DNA from: Promethearchaeota archaeon
GTDB taxonomy: Archaea; Asgardarchaeota; Hermodarchaeia; Hermodarchaeales; Hermodarchaeaceae
Assembly (NCBI GenBank): GCA_048938295.1
Contig: JBHLMI010000022.1
Span: 14,643 to 46,642, forward strand
Direction: 5' to 3'
DNA length: 32,000 nucleotides
The notes beneath the pieces are model-generated. The model did not search any database. It saw only the letters and a program-made list of their open reading frames with translations, and was not told the origin of the DNA. Numbering within the stretch: the stretch's first letter is position 1; every line of letters begins with the position of its first letter. Shown piece after piece: positions 1 to 8,464 of this stretch. Position numbers and translations under genes: made by a program.

Positions 1-226
1 TATCAATGACACTTCCCCCTCGAGCACGCCCCATAATTCCATACACATGTTTGACCATTTCTCGCAGATTTCGAATTTTTCCACGCGCTGTTACACCTTC
101 ACGTTGTAACTGATCAAAGACTGGACAGAACTTAACACATTCACCACAATCAACACAAGCATCCAGCTCCATCGCCTGCTTCCGCGTTAACTGTGGGAAA
201 CTAACCTTTTCCTTATTTGTGGTCAC
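1..226 (-). CDS. HdrD-like / (Fe-S)-binding oxidoreductase, N-terminal part (runs off the window edge)
   Basis: Manual translation from GTG at 226: MTTNKEKVSFPQLTRKQAMELDACVDCGECVKFCPVFDQLQREGVTARGKIRNLREM... It has a CxxCxxCxxxCP ferredoxin motif, overlaps the stop of the upstream NarI/HdrE-like gene and stays open to position 2. Absent from the ORF track because it is partial. Confidence 0.75.
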   Translation of the reverse strand, partial: MTTNKEKVSFPQLTRKQAMELDACVDCGECVKFCPVFDQLQREGVTARGKIRNLREMVKHVYGIMGRARGGSVID

Positions 227-941
227 TCTCATCAACTCCCGTAATTTCCCGGATATATTCCTCCTCCCACTTTTCTTCAATAGCACTGCGGACCATAATT
301 ATTGGTGCTGCAATGATATGCTGGAATTTTGAATAAAATAAAACTGCAATCATCGTCCAAATAATGAAACCGTGAATGATTCCATACCATCCTCGGATAC
401 CGATGACATACTCATATGAAAAAGCCATATGCCCTGATATTGCAATGGAAAGTAGTAGAATCAGTGGCAAGTAGTTATGGAGGTTTGTAACCGCCCGCCC
501 CTCTTTCGAACCAATGCGACTCCCAAAAGCCATTATTACACCGATTACAAGCAATATAGTCAATACATCATGAGCAATTATTCGCATTTCCAGTGTAGCC
601 CAAGGAAAGAGAATGGTTTCATTGAGCAAAATGAATCGAGGGATCCCATGGAAAAGAAGGAGACCCACAAATCCTACTATAATGAATCCATGTTTCACCC
701 ATCGATATACAGACTGACGTTTAATCGTTCCACCAAACGTCCAGTCAGAAATAACCGTGTTAATAAAAGCAGTGAGTTTGGTCCGAAAAGGTACATCAAT
801 AAGCCAACCAGCAGTATGCTCAGCAGGACCTTTATGCGGTTTCGTCCACCGGACAAGAATACGAATGAAACCAATCGTAAAAAGGGCTAGCGCAATCCAA
901 CGATAGAAAAATAGAATTTGATATGCTAGCTCTTGTTGCAT
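213..941 (-). CDS. NarI/HdrE/DsrM-like b-type cytochrome membrane subunit
   Basis: 242 aa with about 5 TM segments and several intramembrane His (RWVKHG, FHG, AHD, SGH, IIHG, FQH), including the C-terminal 'FYSKFQHII' typical of the nitrate reductase gamma family. Coupled to a downstream Fe-S gene. Confidence 0.8.
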   Translation of the reverse strand: MQQELAYQILFFYRWIALALFTIGFIRILVRWTKPHKGPAEHTAGWLIDVPFRTKLTAFINTVISDWTFGGTIKRQSVYRWVKHGFIIVGFVGLLLFHGIPRFILLNETILFPWATLEMRIIAHDVLTILLVIGVIMAFGSRIGSKEGRAVTNLHNYLPLILLLSIAISGHMAFSYEYVIGIRGWYGIIHGFIIWTMIAVLFYSKFQHIIAAPIIMVRSAIEEKWEEEYIREITGVDESDHK

Positions 942-1039
942 AGTATCTCGCCTTTACCTCTATTCAATTCCTTCAGATTTTCATCAAAAGACTTCCCAAT
1001 TTACTAATCACACTTCTTTTCAAGCAGTTTTGGAGCATG

Positions 1040-1094
1040 AAAAAGAAGGGGGAAATTGGAGGGCTTGACAATAAAATCAGTAGCCCTCCAATTT
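1040..1094 (-). terminator. Hairpin plus pyrimidine tract downstream of the doxD-like gene
   Basis: Perfect 13-bp inverted repeat aaattggagggct (1053-1065) / agccctccaattt (1082-1094). On the minus strand it is followed by CCCCCTTCTTTTT and begins 18 nt after the stop codon. Confidence 0.7.
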
Positions 1095-1112
1095 TATTCT
1101 GGTTTGGTAAAT

Positions 1113-1811
1113 CTATGTCCATAATCCTAAGAACCTTAGGAAGGCGTTTTTAGATTCCTGAAGCTTTGGACCGAGCCACCTGTCCACGCCTATGTATCGA
1201 CCGGCTTGATACATTCCTACAACGAGGAATGCTAAAGCACCAAGGAAGTTGATACCAAAGGTGGAGACGCTTAGCCATCCCAGTAGGAAGAGGAATGACC
1301 ATTGCATGAGAACTCCGCCCAATGAACCTAATCGAGTGAAGAACCCGAAGGTTATGGACAGCCCGACAAGAAGTTCACCTATAGCGATAAGCATCAGAAA
1401 AGCCGTTGGGTTCAATAGAATTACCGTATTAAAGAAACCTTGAATATAGGGACTGGGGGCAGTTGAGGCAGCGAGATTGAGAAGGCCATAATTTGTTGGG
1501 TAGGCAGGATCGAGTAATTTTTCTAATCCGCCATGAAGGAACTCATAACCTAACGCTAATCGCAATGGGAACAGAAATGCCAGCATTGGGAATTTATCTG
1601 GCCAGCCCCATCGCAAAAAGAAGAAGATAGGTACAAGAAGAATCGCTAGAATCACTAAGGGTGACAGAATTAAGCTGAGAGAGGGAACAAGGAGGCTGGG
1701 ATCTGGCACTATCCATTGAGGTCCCAAAGCCAGAGCGATGATTACACCGAGAATTATTGTGACAACTACTGTGAAAATAAGAGCAATCCATTGATTTCGA
1801 TTTATTTCCAT
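1113..1811 (-). CDS. DoxX/DoxD-family membrane protein (TQO small-subunit-like)
   Basis: Motifs LRLALGYEFLHGGLEKL, ELLVGLSITFGFFTRLGS and AGRYIGVD are typical of DoxX/DoxD. Start moved to ATG 1811, which has a GGAG RBS (232 aa). Confidence 0.8.
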   Translation of the reverse strand: MEINRNQWIALIFTVVVTIILGVIIALALGPQWIVPDPSLLVPSLSLILSPLVILAILLVPIFFFLRWGWPDKFPMLAFLFPLRLALGYEFLHGGLEKLLDPAYPTNYGLLNLAASTAPSPYIQGFFNTVILLNPTAFLMLIAIGELLVGLSITFGFFTRLGSLGGVLMQWSFLFLLGWLSVSTFGINFLGALAFLVVGMYQAGRYIGVDRWLGPKLQESKNAFLRFLGLWT

Positions 1812-1963
1812 TTTTATTTCTCCTTTAGAGGAAAGTGGTAAACGACAAATCAGATTTCCTTTTATATATTGCACTATTGTATTTGTGAAAAATTTAATAA
1901 ATAGACAAACATCGATTCAATTCTAGATAGTATACCAGTCGCTTTTTGTCAGCCTAACGGGAA

Positions 1964-2680
1964 TTATAAGTGAATTTCAAGCTGGCAGCCGTCATCCCCG
2001 TGTGACATGCAACTCACTCGCTCAACAGCACGAGCTGGTTTGTCACACATCAATGTGAAGAGAGTCGGATAATAAGAATTGTGGAAATGACACATCAGGC
2101 CTTCATACTTGTAGCTGACTTCTTGATACAAGCAATTGTGAGTTCGAATAATAATTCTGTTCTCGGTAAACGTAAGACTCGCATTATAACCGAGTCGGTG
2201 TAGTGCTTCGCTAAGCTTCTTTCGAAACGTGTTTATACTCATGGGAATGCGATGGTTTTGTTTCCATTGAGTGGCGGTGTCATGTGCCGATAGGGTACCC
2301 ATGTCTTTGAACAGTTCAATCGTGTTCTTTTCCCCATATTTCTGGAGCAGTGTTGAGATGAGGAGGTCAGCTAGTTGCCAATAACGTCGTGGAGGCGTGC
2401 TCGTGATAAGAGCTTTTTGGAGTCGGTATAACTGAGGGGGGCGTCCACGAGAGCGAGGCTTTTCATTGTCGCTATAACTTTCTGAAATTACCCCCAAGGC
2501 GAGGAGATCGATTAAGGCGTATCGGATGGCAGATTCACTGAGATTAGTACCACCGGCGATATCGCTCACAGCAGAATCGGGATGTGTGGCTATGAATTCA
2601 ATAATCCGAGTTGAAGCCTTTTGACTATTTAGGGAAATTTGAGATACAGTCTCATCATCTATTACGAATTTGCCAGGCAT
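1964..2680 (-). CDS. ArsR-like winged-helix transcriptional regulator with C-terminal V4R-like domain
   Basis: N-terminal HTH (VSDIAGGTNLSESAIRYALIDL...RGRPPQLY) and C-terminal HNC...MCHFH...CMSHGDDGC Cys/His pattern. Confidence 0.8.
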   Translation of the reverse strand: MPGKFVIDDETVSQISLNSQKASTRIIEFIATHPDSAVSDIAGGTNLSESAIRYALIDLLALGVISESYSDNEKPRSRGRPPQLYRLQKALITSTPPRRYWQLADLLISTLLQKYGEKNTIELFKDMGTLSAHDTATQWKQNHRIPMSINTFRKKLSEALHRLGYNASLTFTENRIIIRTHNCLYQEVSYKYEGLMCHFHNSYYPTLFTLMCDKPARAVERVSCMSHGDDGCQLEIHL

Positions 2681-2719
2681 ATTTCGTTCCTTACCAATGA
2701 TTTATTTCGTCGCCCTATT

Positions 2720-2904
2720 TCAAGAAGCATCCCTAGAAGTACCATGTAGGATTTGCCCATAGAGGACGCTACCTGAAACGTTTTTTCGCTGGGAGTTTTA
2801 GCTCGCTCCACAAGCATGACCTGTAAGCCAGCCTTTGCTAGTGAATACGCCGTGACATTCCCGGTTGCACCTAGGCCCGAAACACTAGCATCGAGAGATT
2901 CCAT
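2720..2904 (-). pseudogene. Truncated, frameshifted FixC/geranylgeranyl-reductase-like FAD oxidoreductase remnant
   Basis: Degenerate Rossmann start (SGLGATG...AKAGLQVMLVERAKTPSEK). Adding one A to the A6 run (plus-strand T6, 2781-2786) continues as NVSGSVLYGQIL, which resembles the FixC KNxSGGxLY motif, then stops at TGA 2720-2722. Confidence 0.6.
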
Positions 2905-3089
2905 GAACGTCTCACCAATTCAGAAGGAATGCATACTTAACCAAGAGTACATAAAAAAGTCTATGTTACCAGGTTCAGAAGGATAGGTTCATGACATGAC
3001 GTAATTATGTATCTACAAGAACCTGAGTATTGAAAATAGCGAGTCAGTAGCTCTTTATGTAGGATCAACGATATTTTCGTGTGGTCATC

Positions 3090-3464
3090 ATGAAAGATGA
3101 AGAGGCAAATCCCAACTATCGAAACGAAGCAGCGAAAATGCGAACAGCCCTCGCAACGGTCCGAACCCTTGAAGCCATCCGACGAACAAAACTTGCTGAA
3201 CTGCGAACTGGCATTTCTATTCTAGCTATTACTCTCTCCATTCTAACAATCCTAATTACAACATCAGCATTTTGGGATCCTAGCACAGTATTTTACCTAT
3301 TATTGATGGTGGCAGCCATGATTCTCTTTCTTCTTGGTATTGGTGCTTACTTCTTTTATCGTGGATTACATGGTATGCGAGAAATCGATAAGCGTCGAGA
3401 GCGTCTCAGTATTGATATTGACTCATTAGACGAAACATATCATAAGATTTTCAATGAAGCTTAA
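3090..3464 (+). CDS. DUF202/YidH-like small membrane protein
   Basis: Repeated 'RT.LA..RT' pattern (RTALATVRT, RTKLAELRTG) followed by two hydrophobic helices. ATG 3090 preferred over GTG 3081. Confidence 0.6.
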   Translation: MKDEEANPNYRNEAAKMRTALATVRTLEAIRRTKLAELRTGISILAITLSILTILITTSAFWDPSTVFYLLLMVAAMILFLLGIGAYFFYRGLHGMREIDKRRERLSIDIDSLDETYHKIFNEA

Positions 3465-3479
3465 ACGGGTAGTCTCAGA

Positions 3480-4772
3480 TTATTGTATACTCTTGGCATT
3501 AAAAGCCAGAAAAGGCGTTTCTAATTCGTCGATGGTAATTGAGCCATGATTTCCTTTGAGACTCATCCAAGGTAGAAGCCCTGAAGAGTCGAAGGTAAAT
3601 TCTTTCCGATCAACACTTAAGAGCACACCATCTCGACCAATCATCAGGAGGTCACCAAGTCGTTGAATAATCGCTCGGTTAATAGGCGTGGGGAGAAGTC
3701 CACTTTGATTAAGTTCCTTGGGATCTAGAAGGATTGCACGACCTTCGGTTCGGGTGTGCAGCCACTTCCTGAGTTTACGCCGTTTTTGGGAAGTTTTACA
3801 ATAAAAATGAGCCACTCTTCCTGAGTGTCCAGGAGGAACAATAACGGTGTCCCGTACTTCATCGAATTCCTCTTGGGGGATGACAACAGCCTGGTCTTCT
3901 TGGAACGAATTTTGTCCGTGATCGCTGCAAAGTACAATCGTGGTTTTCTTTGCTTCTGAGGAGGGAATGCTTTCGATGAAATCGCGAAGATGATGATAAA
4001 AGGCGTTACACCCAGCCCGATATTGCGGTGAAGTGATTCCATATTTGTGGGCAAGGGTATCAACGAGAGGAAAATAGATTGTGGCAAGGAGTGGAGGCGA
4101 AGGATATTCCTCTAACACCCTATGAACCATACCGAAACCATCAATGAACCCACTGTAAGGCACGACATCTTCTGGGAAGACATAAAACCGTCCGAGCCCG
4201 GTGCCTGGGATTTCACGGGGTAATCCTTGAGCATACACAAGATCAGAGTGTGTTTCTTTGAGAAGCTCTGAAATTCCTTTAGTCCACTGAAGTGCCCTTA
4301 CATTAACGCCTGCCTGGGCGATGGCATCACGAAATCGAGTATTTGCACCAGACATCCTGAGTGTATCGATTAGAGCCCCATATTCTTTGAAATAGATCAC
4401 ATGTCCAAGAATTCCATGAGCGCTTGGTGGGAGCCCCATGTAGATACTGGAAATAGCCGCGGAGGTAATCGAAGGAAAAGTACTGCTTAAACTGATGCCT
4501 TCGAGTTCTTCAAAGAAACTGGCGAGTCTGGTTCCCTGAATATTTTGTATGCCCAGGCTATCAACAATGCAGACAATGACCCGATGGGCATTTGTGGCGT
4601 TGTTTGCTTTAAGGTGTTTCAAAACTTCCTTACTTCCAAAGAGATCGTCCCGTGGAAGAGCCACCCCCATACATCGTAGGGCTGTAGGTAAGATGCGATA
4701 GATATTCTGTTTATAATCTGGTTGAAACAGATCGTTCGTTTTCTTCAGAGGGGCAAACTTCAATGACACCAA
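3480..4772 (-). CDS. Alkaline-phosphatase-superfamily nucleotide pyrophosphatase/phosphodiesterase
   Basis: Metal and catalytic motifs IVDSLG, STFPSITS (Thr nucleophile), DTLAH, SDHG and GNHGS. Confidence 0.85.
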   Translation of the reverse strand: MVSLKFAPLKKTNDLFQPDYKQNIYRILPTALRCMGVALPRDDLFGSKEVLKHLKANNATNAHRVIVCIVDSLGIQNIQGTRLASFFEELEGISLSSTFPSITSAAISSIYMGLPPSAHGILGHVIYFKEYGALIDTLRMSGANTRFRDAIAQAGVNVRALQWTKGISELLKETHSDLVYAQGLPREIPGTGLGRFYVFPEDVVPYSGFIDGFGMVHRVLEEYPSPPLLATIYFPLVDTLAHKYGITSPQYRAGCNAFYHHLRDFIESIPSSEAKKTTIVLCSDHGQNSFQEDQAVVIPQEEFDEVRDTVIVPPGHSGRVAHFYCKTSQKRRKLRKWLHTRTEGRAILLDPKELNQSGLLPTPINRAIIQRLGDLLMIGRDGVLLSVDRKEFTFDSSGLLPWMSLKGNHGSITIDELETPFLAFNAKSIQ

Positions 4773-4967
4773 GGAGCACCTCTTTCAATGAGTCTTACTC
4801 GGTAGCATCAAATTTAGTTGATATAAATCTACACCACAAGAATGAAATTTCCAGATTATGGGAAAATTGGGTTTCTCAGGCGTTCTATCCCGTGGGACGA
4901 AAGACTCTTTATTACAACCTGCACATGTGTCTAGAAAAGGAGTAAGCGGCTCAGGGGAAGACAGACC

Positions 4968-5867
4968 GTGATTAAAGGCTTCGCCGTCTTTCGCATGGAC
5001 CCAAAAATCGGACCCCAATATGTCTATCAAAGCGACACGATTGAGACGATAACTCATCAAGAGGTCCTTGCGATTTTTGCTACCCACAACTTGTTCCGTG
5101 AGGGTTTTCGTGGTGTCCATGTGAGTAACCGGACCTGGGCTACCTATGTGTTTCCACCCTGGATAATTGCGCTGTTTTTAGGTCCCGATGAACCCATTGG
5201 GCCACTCCGGGAACCCATGAAAAAAATCCTCAACGCGAGTAAGCTCTCAGAGGAGCCCAAGCCAGAAGAGTGGAAAAACCTCTACCACGAGCTCCTTGTT
5301 GAAATCCAGAGCTCTCCAGTTGCAGATTTGTTGACGTCAAAAAAGACCACGGATTTCCTCAAGGAGATGATTGAATTGGATATCCTGTATTTTGATCCCC
5401 ACTTCAACTTTGAAATCGGAACCACCTATCCTGCAGCTGACCATCTGACCGGTCTAAACAGCTATGATACACGATTGTTCTTAGAGAAGCTCACCTTAGC
5501 AGGCATTTTTACCAGTGAGCCCGTGATTGGTGTCACGCATTGTCCCATCTGTTTGGGGTTCAAGGTGGTAAGTCGCTTGGCTTGCCCGCAATGCAGCGTT
5601 ACAGCTCTTGATGTTGTCCGCTACCCAACCTCCAGGGAAGGAAGGTCACAAAAAGCGAATACCTCTGGCAAACCAATGGAACTTTTCTATTCGTGCCTGA
5701 CCTGCCAACACACTACTAGTGAACCTGTAGTAACGCTATTATGCACAGAGTGTGGGTCTCAGTTCCAACCAGATGAAGCAGCTTATCGAAATATGGATCG
5801 ACTAGTATTGAATCAACCCATCGCTGAGGGACTCATTAAGAAAGTTGAAGATGAGTCATCTGATTAG
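4968..5867 (+). CDS. Longin/uDENN-like N-terminal domain fused to a TackOD1-like winged-helix/Zn-ribbon domain
   Basis: N-terminus FAVFRMDPKIGPQYVYQ with a beta-beta-alpha-beta-beta-beta-alpha hydrophobicity pattern. C-terminal half has GTTYP...LEKL...GIF followed by four CxxC pairs (CPIC, CPQC, CLTC, CTEC). Assigned by eye. Confidence 0.55.
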   Translation: MIKGFAVFRMDPKIGPQYVYQSDTIETITHQEVLAIFATHNLFREGFRGVHVSNRTWATYVFPPWIIALFLGPDEPIGPLREPMKKILNASKLSEEPKPEEWKNLYHELLVEIQSSPVADLLTSKKTTDFLKEMIELDILYFDPHFNFEIGTTYPAADHLTGLNSYDTRLFLEKLTLAGIFTSEPVIGVTHCPICLGFKVVSRLACPQCSVTALDVVRYPTSREGRSQKANTSGKPMELFYSCLTCQHTTSEPVVTLLCTECGSQFQPDEAAYRNMDRLVLNQPIAEGLIKKVEDESSD

Positions 5868-5881
5868 CTATTCTTACTAAC

Positions 5882-6433
5882 CTAAATTTTATCCCAGGGT
5901 TTTCCAGCTTTCTCATATGAAGAATAAATTTTCTTTGCGAGGGATTCAAAAACATTGTTCACATGAAGGTCATCTTTTGCGCTTGTTTCAATGAAGTCCA
6001 TCTTCAATTGCTTTGCGGCCGTTTTAGCTGCCGATTCTTCTACGACACGTTGGTCTTTCAAATCAGTTTTGCAACCGACTAGGAGGAGTGGAATACCCTC
6101 ACACCGTTGATAGACCTGCTGCATCCAGTGATCAACCCGATCAAAAGATTGCTGATCAGTAACATCATAGGCGATGATTGCTCCTGCAGCGCCTTCAAAG
6201 TATAAACCACGAATGAAATCAAAGCGTTCTTGTCCGCCTGTATCGTAGATGACGAGTTTGATATTCGTGTCATCTTTGAGTTTGATCTGCTTGGTGAAAA
6301 AGTCGACGCCTAAGGTGAAGAGATAACTTTCATCAAATTGACCGGTGGTGTAACGGCGGGCAAGTGAGGTTTTACCGACCCCTGCGTCGCCGACAACTAT
6401 GACTTTGTAGACAACTTCAGCTAGTTCTTCCAT
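5882..6433 (-). CDS. Rab-like small GTPase (Ras superfamily)
   Basis: G1 GDAGVGKT, G2 TLGVDF, G3 DTGGQE, G4 CKTD, G5 ETSAK. RabF-like motifs LGVDF, KLVIY, YFEGA and IAYDVT. Confidence 0.95.
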   Translation of the reverse strand: MEELAEVVYKVIVVGDAGVGKTSLARRYTTGQFDESYLFTLGVDFFTKQIKLKDDTNIKLVIYDTGGQERFDFIRGLYFEGAAGAIIAYDVTDQQSFDRVDHWMQQVYQRCEGIPLLLVGCKTDLKDQRVVEESAAKTAAKQLKMDFIETSAKDDLHVNNVFESLAKKIYSSYEKAGKPWDKI

Positions 6434-6657
6434 CCAGTGTTCACCCTCTGGGTTTCTAATTTATCACTCCCTGACATGCCTTTAAGTGCTTCGTGTTGAA
6501 ATCGGGGCATGGGCTGAAGGTTAGGGTATCTACAATAAAAGTAGCTTGATAGCATGTAGCCTTGCTAAATCCTAAATTCCTAGTTGGAAGCGAAAGTCCT
6601 TTTGGGGAAAAGGTTGCAGTAGAAGGGTTACAATCCTAGAAGTTTTTGATGGCGGTT

Positions 6658-7971
6658 ATGATGCCTGAAATGATTAATCAATACAACTTACCTGTTGATC
6701 AATTACCTCGACGTTGGTACAATCTCGCAGCAGATTTACCTGAACCCTTACCACCTCCGATGGACCCGAAGGATGGGCCCTCGCGGTTAGAAATGCTTCC
6801 TAAATTTCTTTTGAAGTCAGTTTTGGAACAAGAGAATTCCACGGATAGATGGATAGACATACCCGCAGGAATTCGCGAACTCTACATTCAAGCCGGTCGT
6901 CCACGTCCGCTCATGCGCGCATTACGCTTAGAGAAAGCGTTGAAACTTCCTGAAAATATTCGTCTGTATTACAAACGTGAGGACCTTTCGCCCACAGGCT
7001 CACATAAAGTCAACACGGCATTAGCTCAAACCTACTATGCTGCAAAGGAAGGTTATTCAGAGGTTACTACCGAGACTGGCGCTGGCCAATGGGGATCAGC
7101 GTTATCTTATGCTGCTTCATTGAATGAGCTAAAATGTCGAGTTTTTTGGGTACGAGCAGCATATCGTTGGAAACCGGGTCGACGGACTCTCATGAATTTG
7201 TATGGCGCTGATGTCTTTGCTTCCCCCAGTAAAGAAACGGAGTTTGGGCGCAAGCTCCTTAGAGAGAATCCACAGCATGTCGGAAGTCTAGGCATTGCAA
7301 TCAGCGAAGGCATCGAAGACGCACTGAATCGGGATGGAAGTATCTATTGTTTGGGTAGCGTACTCAGTCATGTATTGTTGCACCAGACAGTCATCGGATT
7401 AGAAACCATTGAGCAATTTAAAATTGCAGAGGATACTCCCACACTCCTCGTTGGATGTTTTGGAGGCGGAAGCAATTTCGGTGGATTTAGCCTTCCCTTC
7501 ATCGGTGAAGTCCTCAAAGGGAAACGTGAATGTGCTTTCCTTGCTGCACAAAGTGAAGCATCACCAAACCTCGTCAAAGGCAAATACATGTATGACCACG
7601 GAGACCACGCAGGATTCACACCCCTGCTGAAAATGTATTCTTTGGGTCATGATGTTGAAATGCCAGAAATTTGGGCTGAAGGGATCCGATATTCTGCTGC
7701 GGCACCCATTATGAGTGCTGTGAGGAACCTTGGCATGCTTGACGCAATAGCCTATCCTGTTGATGAGGTTTATGTGTACAGCCAAGCGCGACGGTTTATT
7801 CAAACCGAAGGTTTCATCCCAGCACCAGAGTCTTCGTATGGTATCGCTGGAGCCATTGATAAGGCTCTCGAATTCAAGAAAAAAGGCGAAGATGCTGTGA
7901 TCGCCTTCAATGTTTCTGGACACGGCTTTTTGGATATGCAAGCTTATGCTAAACCATTGAAACTCGAATAA
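6658..7971 (+). CDS. trpB2: TrpB2, stand-alone tryptophan synthase beta-like PLP enzyme
   Basis: PRRWYN, GRPRPLMRA, SPTGSHKVN (PLP Lys), TTETGAGQWGSAL, GGGSNFG and SGHGFLD. Start uncertain (6646-6661). No trpA in the window. Confidence 0.93.
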   Translation: MMPEMINQYNLPVDQLPRRWYNLAADLPEPLPPPMDPKDGPSRLEMLPKFLLKSVLEQENSTDRWIDIPAGIRELYIQAGRPRPLMRALRLEKALKLPENIRLYYKREDLSPTGSHKVNTALAQTYYAAKEGYSEVTTETGAGQWGSALSYAASLNELKCRVFWVRAAYRWKPGRRTLMNLYGADVFASPSKETEFGRKLLRENPQHVGSLGIAISEGIEDALNRDGSIYCLGSVLSHVLLHQTVIGLETIEQFKIAEDTPTLLVGCFGGGSNFGGFSLPFIGEVLKGKRECAFLAAQSEASPNLVKGKYMYDHGDHAGFTPLLKMYSLGHDVEMPEIWAEGIRYSAAAPIMSAVRNLGMLDAIAYPVDEVYVYSQARRFIQTEGFIPAPESSYGIAGAIDKALEFKKKGEDAVIAFNVSGHGFLDMQAYAKPLKLE

Positions 7972-8033
7972 CAAGAGAGTAAATCTCTAATAAAGATGGC
8001 ACCACTACATAATCAGAGCTACTTAACCTAGAT

Positions 8034-8444
8034 TTAGCCTGATCGTTCAAGTTCTTTGATTAGAGACTTAATTTTTTTACCATACTCCTCAATCTGATAA
8101 CCCATATATTGGGCACGCGTGGGTAGTTCCATAAGCTGATCGCCTAGCTCTTTCAGGTCGAGATAATTCAACTCGTGAATACGAGTGGCCAGAGGATGGT
8201 TGCGTTTCTGAAGGGTGTCATCCATATCATCCATTCGTATCTGCACATCAAGCATAATCGAGGAAGCTTGCTTGGCAGCATTCTTTTGCCCTGAAAATTC
8301 GCCATAAGGAAAGAATAGCCGCCAAAATACATACCGGCTCTTTGGTCGATTAATTTCATCAAGTAGTTCGAGAATACGATTGAGCAAATCGATAATATGG
8401 CGTAATTGTTTAAGAATTGGGTCTTGTCCCAACGGGATGCACAA
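8034..8444 (-). CDS. Hypothetical alpha-helical protein
   Basis: 136-aa ORF with amphipathic helices, 20 nt downstream of and co-oriented with the ABC ATPase gene. TTG start uncertain. Confidence 0.55.
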   Translation of the reverse strand: MCIPLGQDPILKQLRHIIDLLNRILELLDEINRPKSRYVFWRLFFPYGEFSGQKNAAKQASSIMLDVQIRMDDMDDTLQKRNHPLATRIHELNYLDLKELGDQLMELPTRAQYMGYQIEEYGKKIKSLIKELERSG

Positions 8445-8464
8445 CCAGCTACAAATGCTGGCAA

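Noticed and set aside
1053-1094. Hairpin as a SECIS element
   Set aside because: No in-frame UGA in the adjacent genes and no recognisable SECIS core. Position and tail fit a terminator.
2919-2983. Direct repeat TTCAGAAGGA at 2919-2928 and 2974-2983
   Set aside because: Two 10-mers only. Not a CRISPR array or TSD, and too weak to call an operator.
4763-5120. ORFs 4785-5120 (-) and 4763-4945 (+)
   Set aside because: They overlap better-supported genes, have no recognisable motifs, and span what is probably a divergent promoter region.
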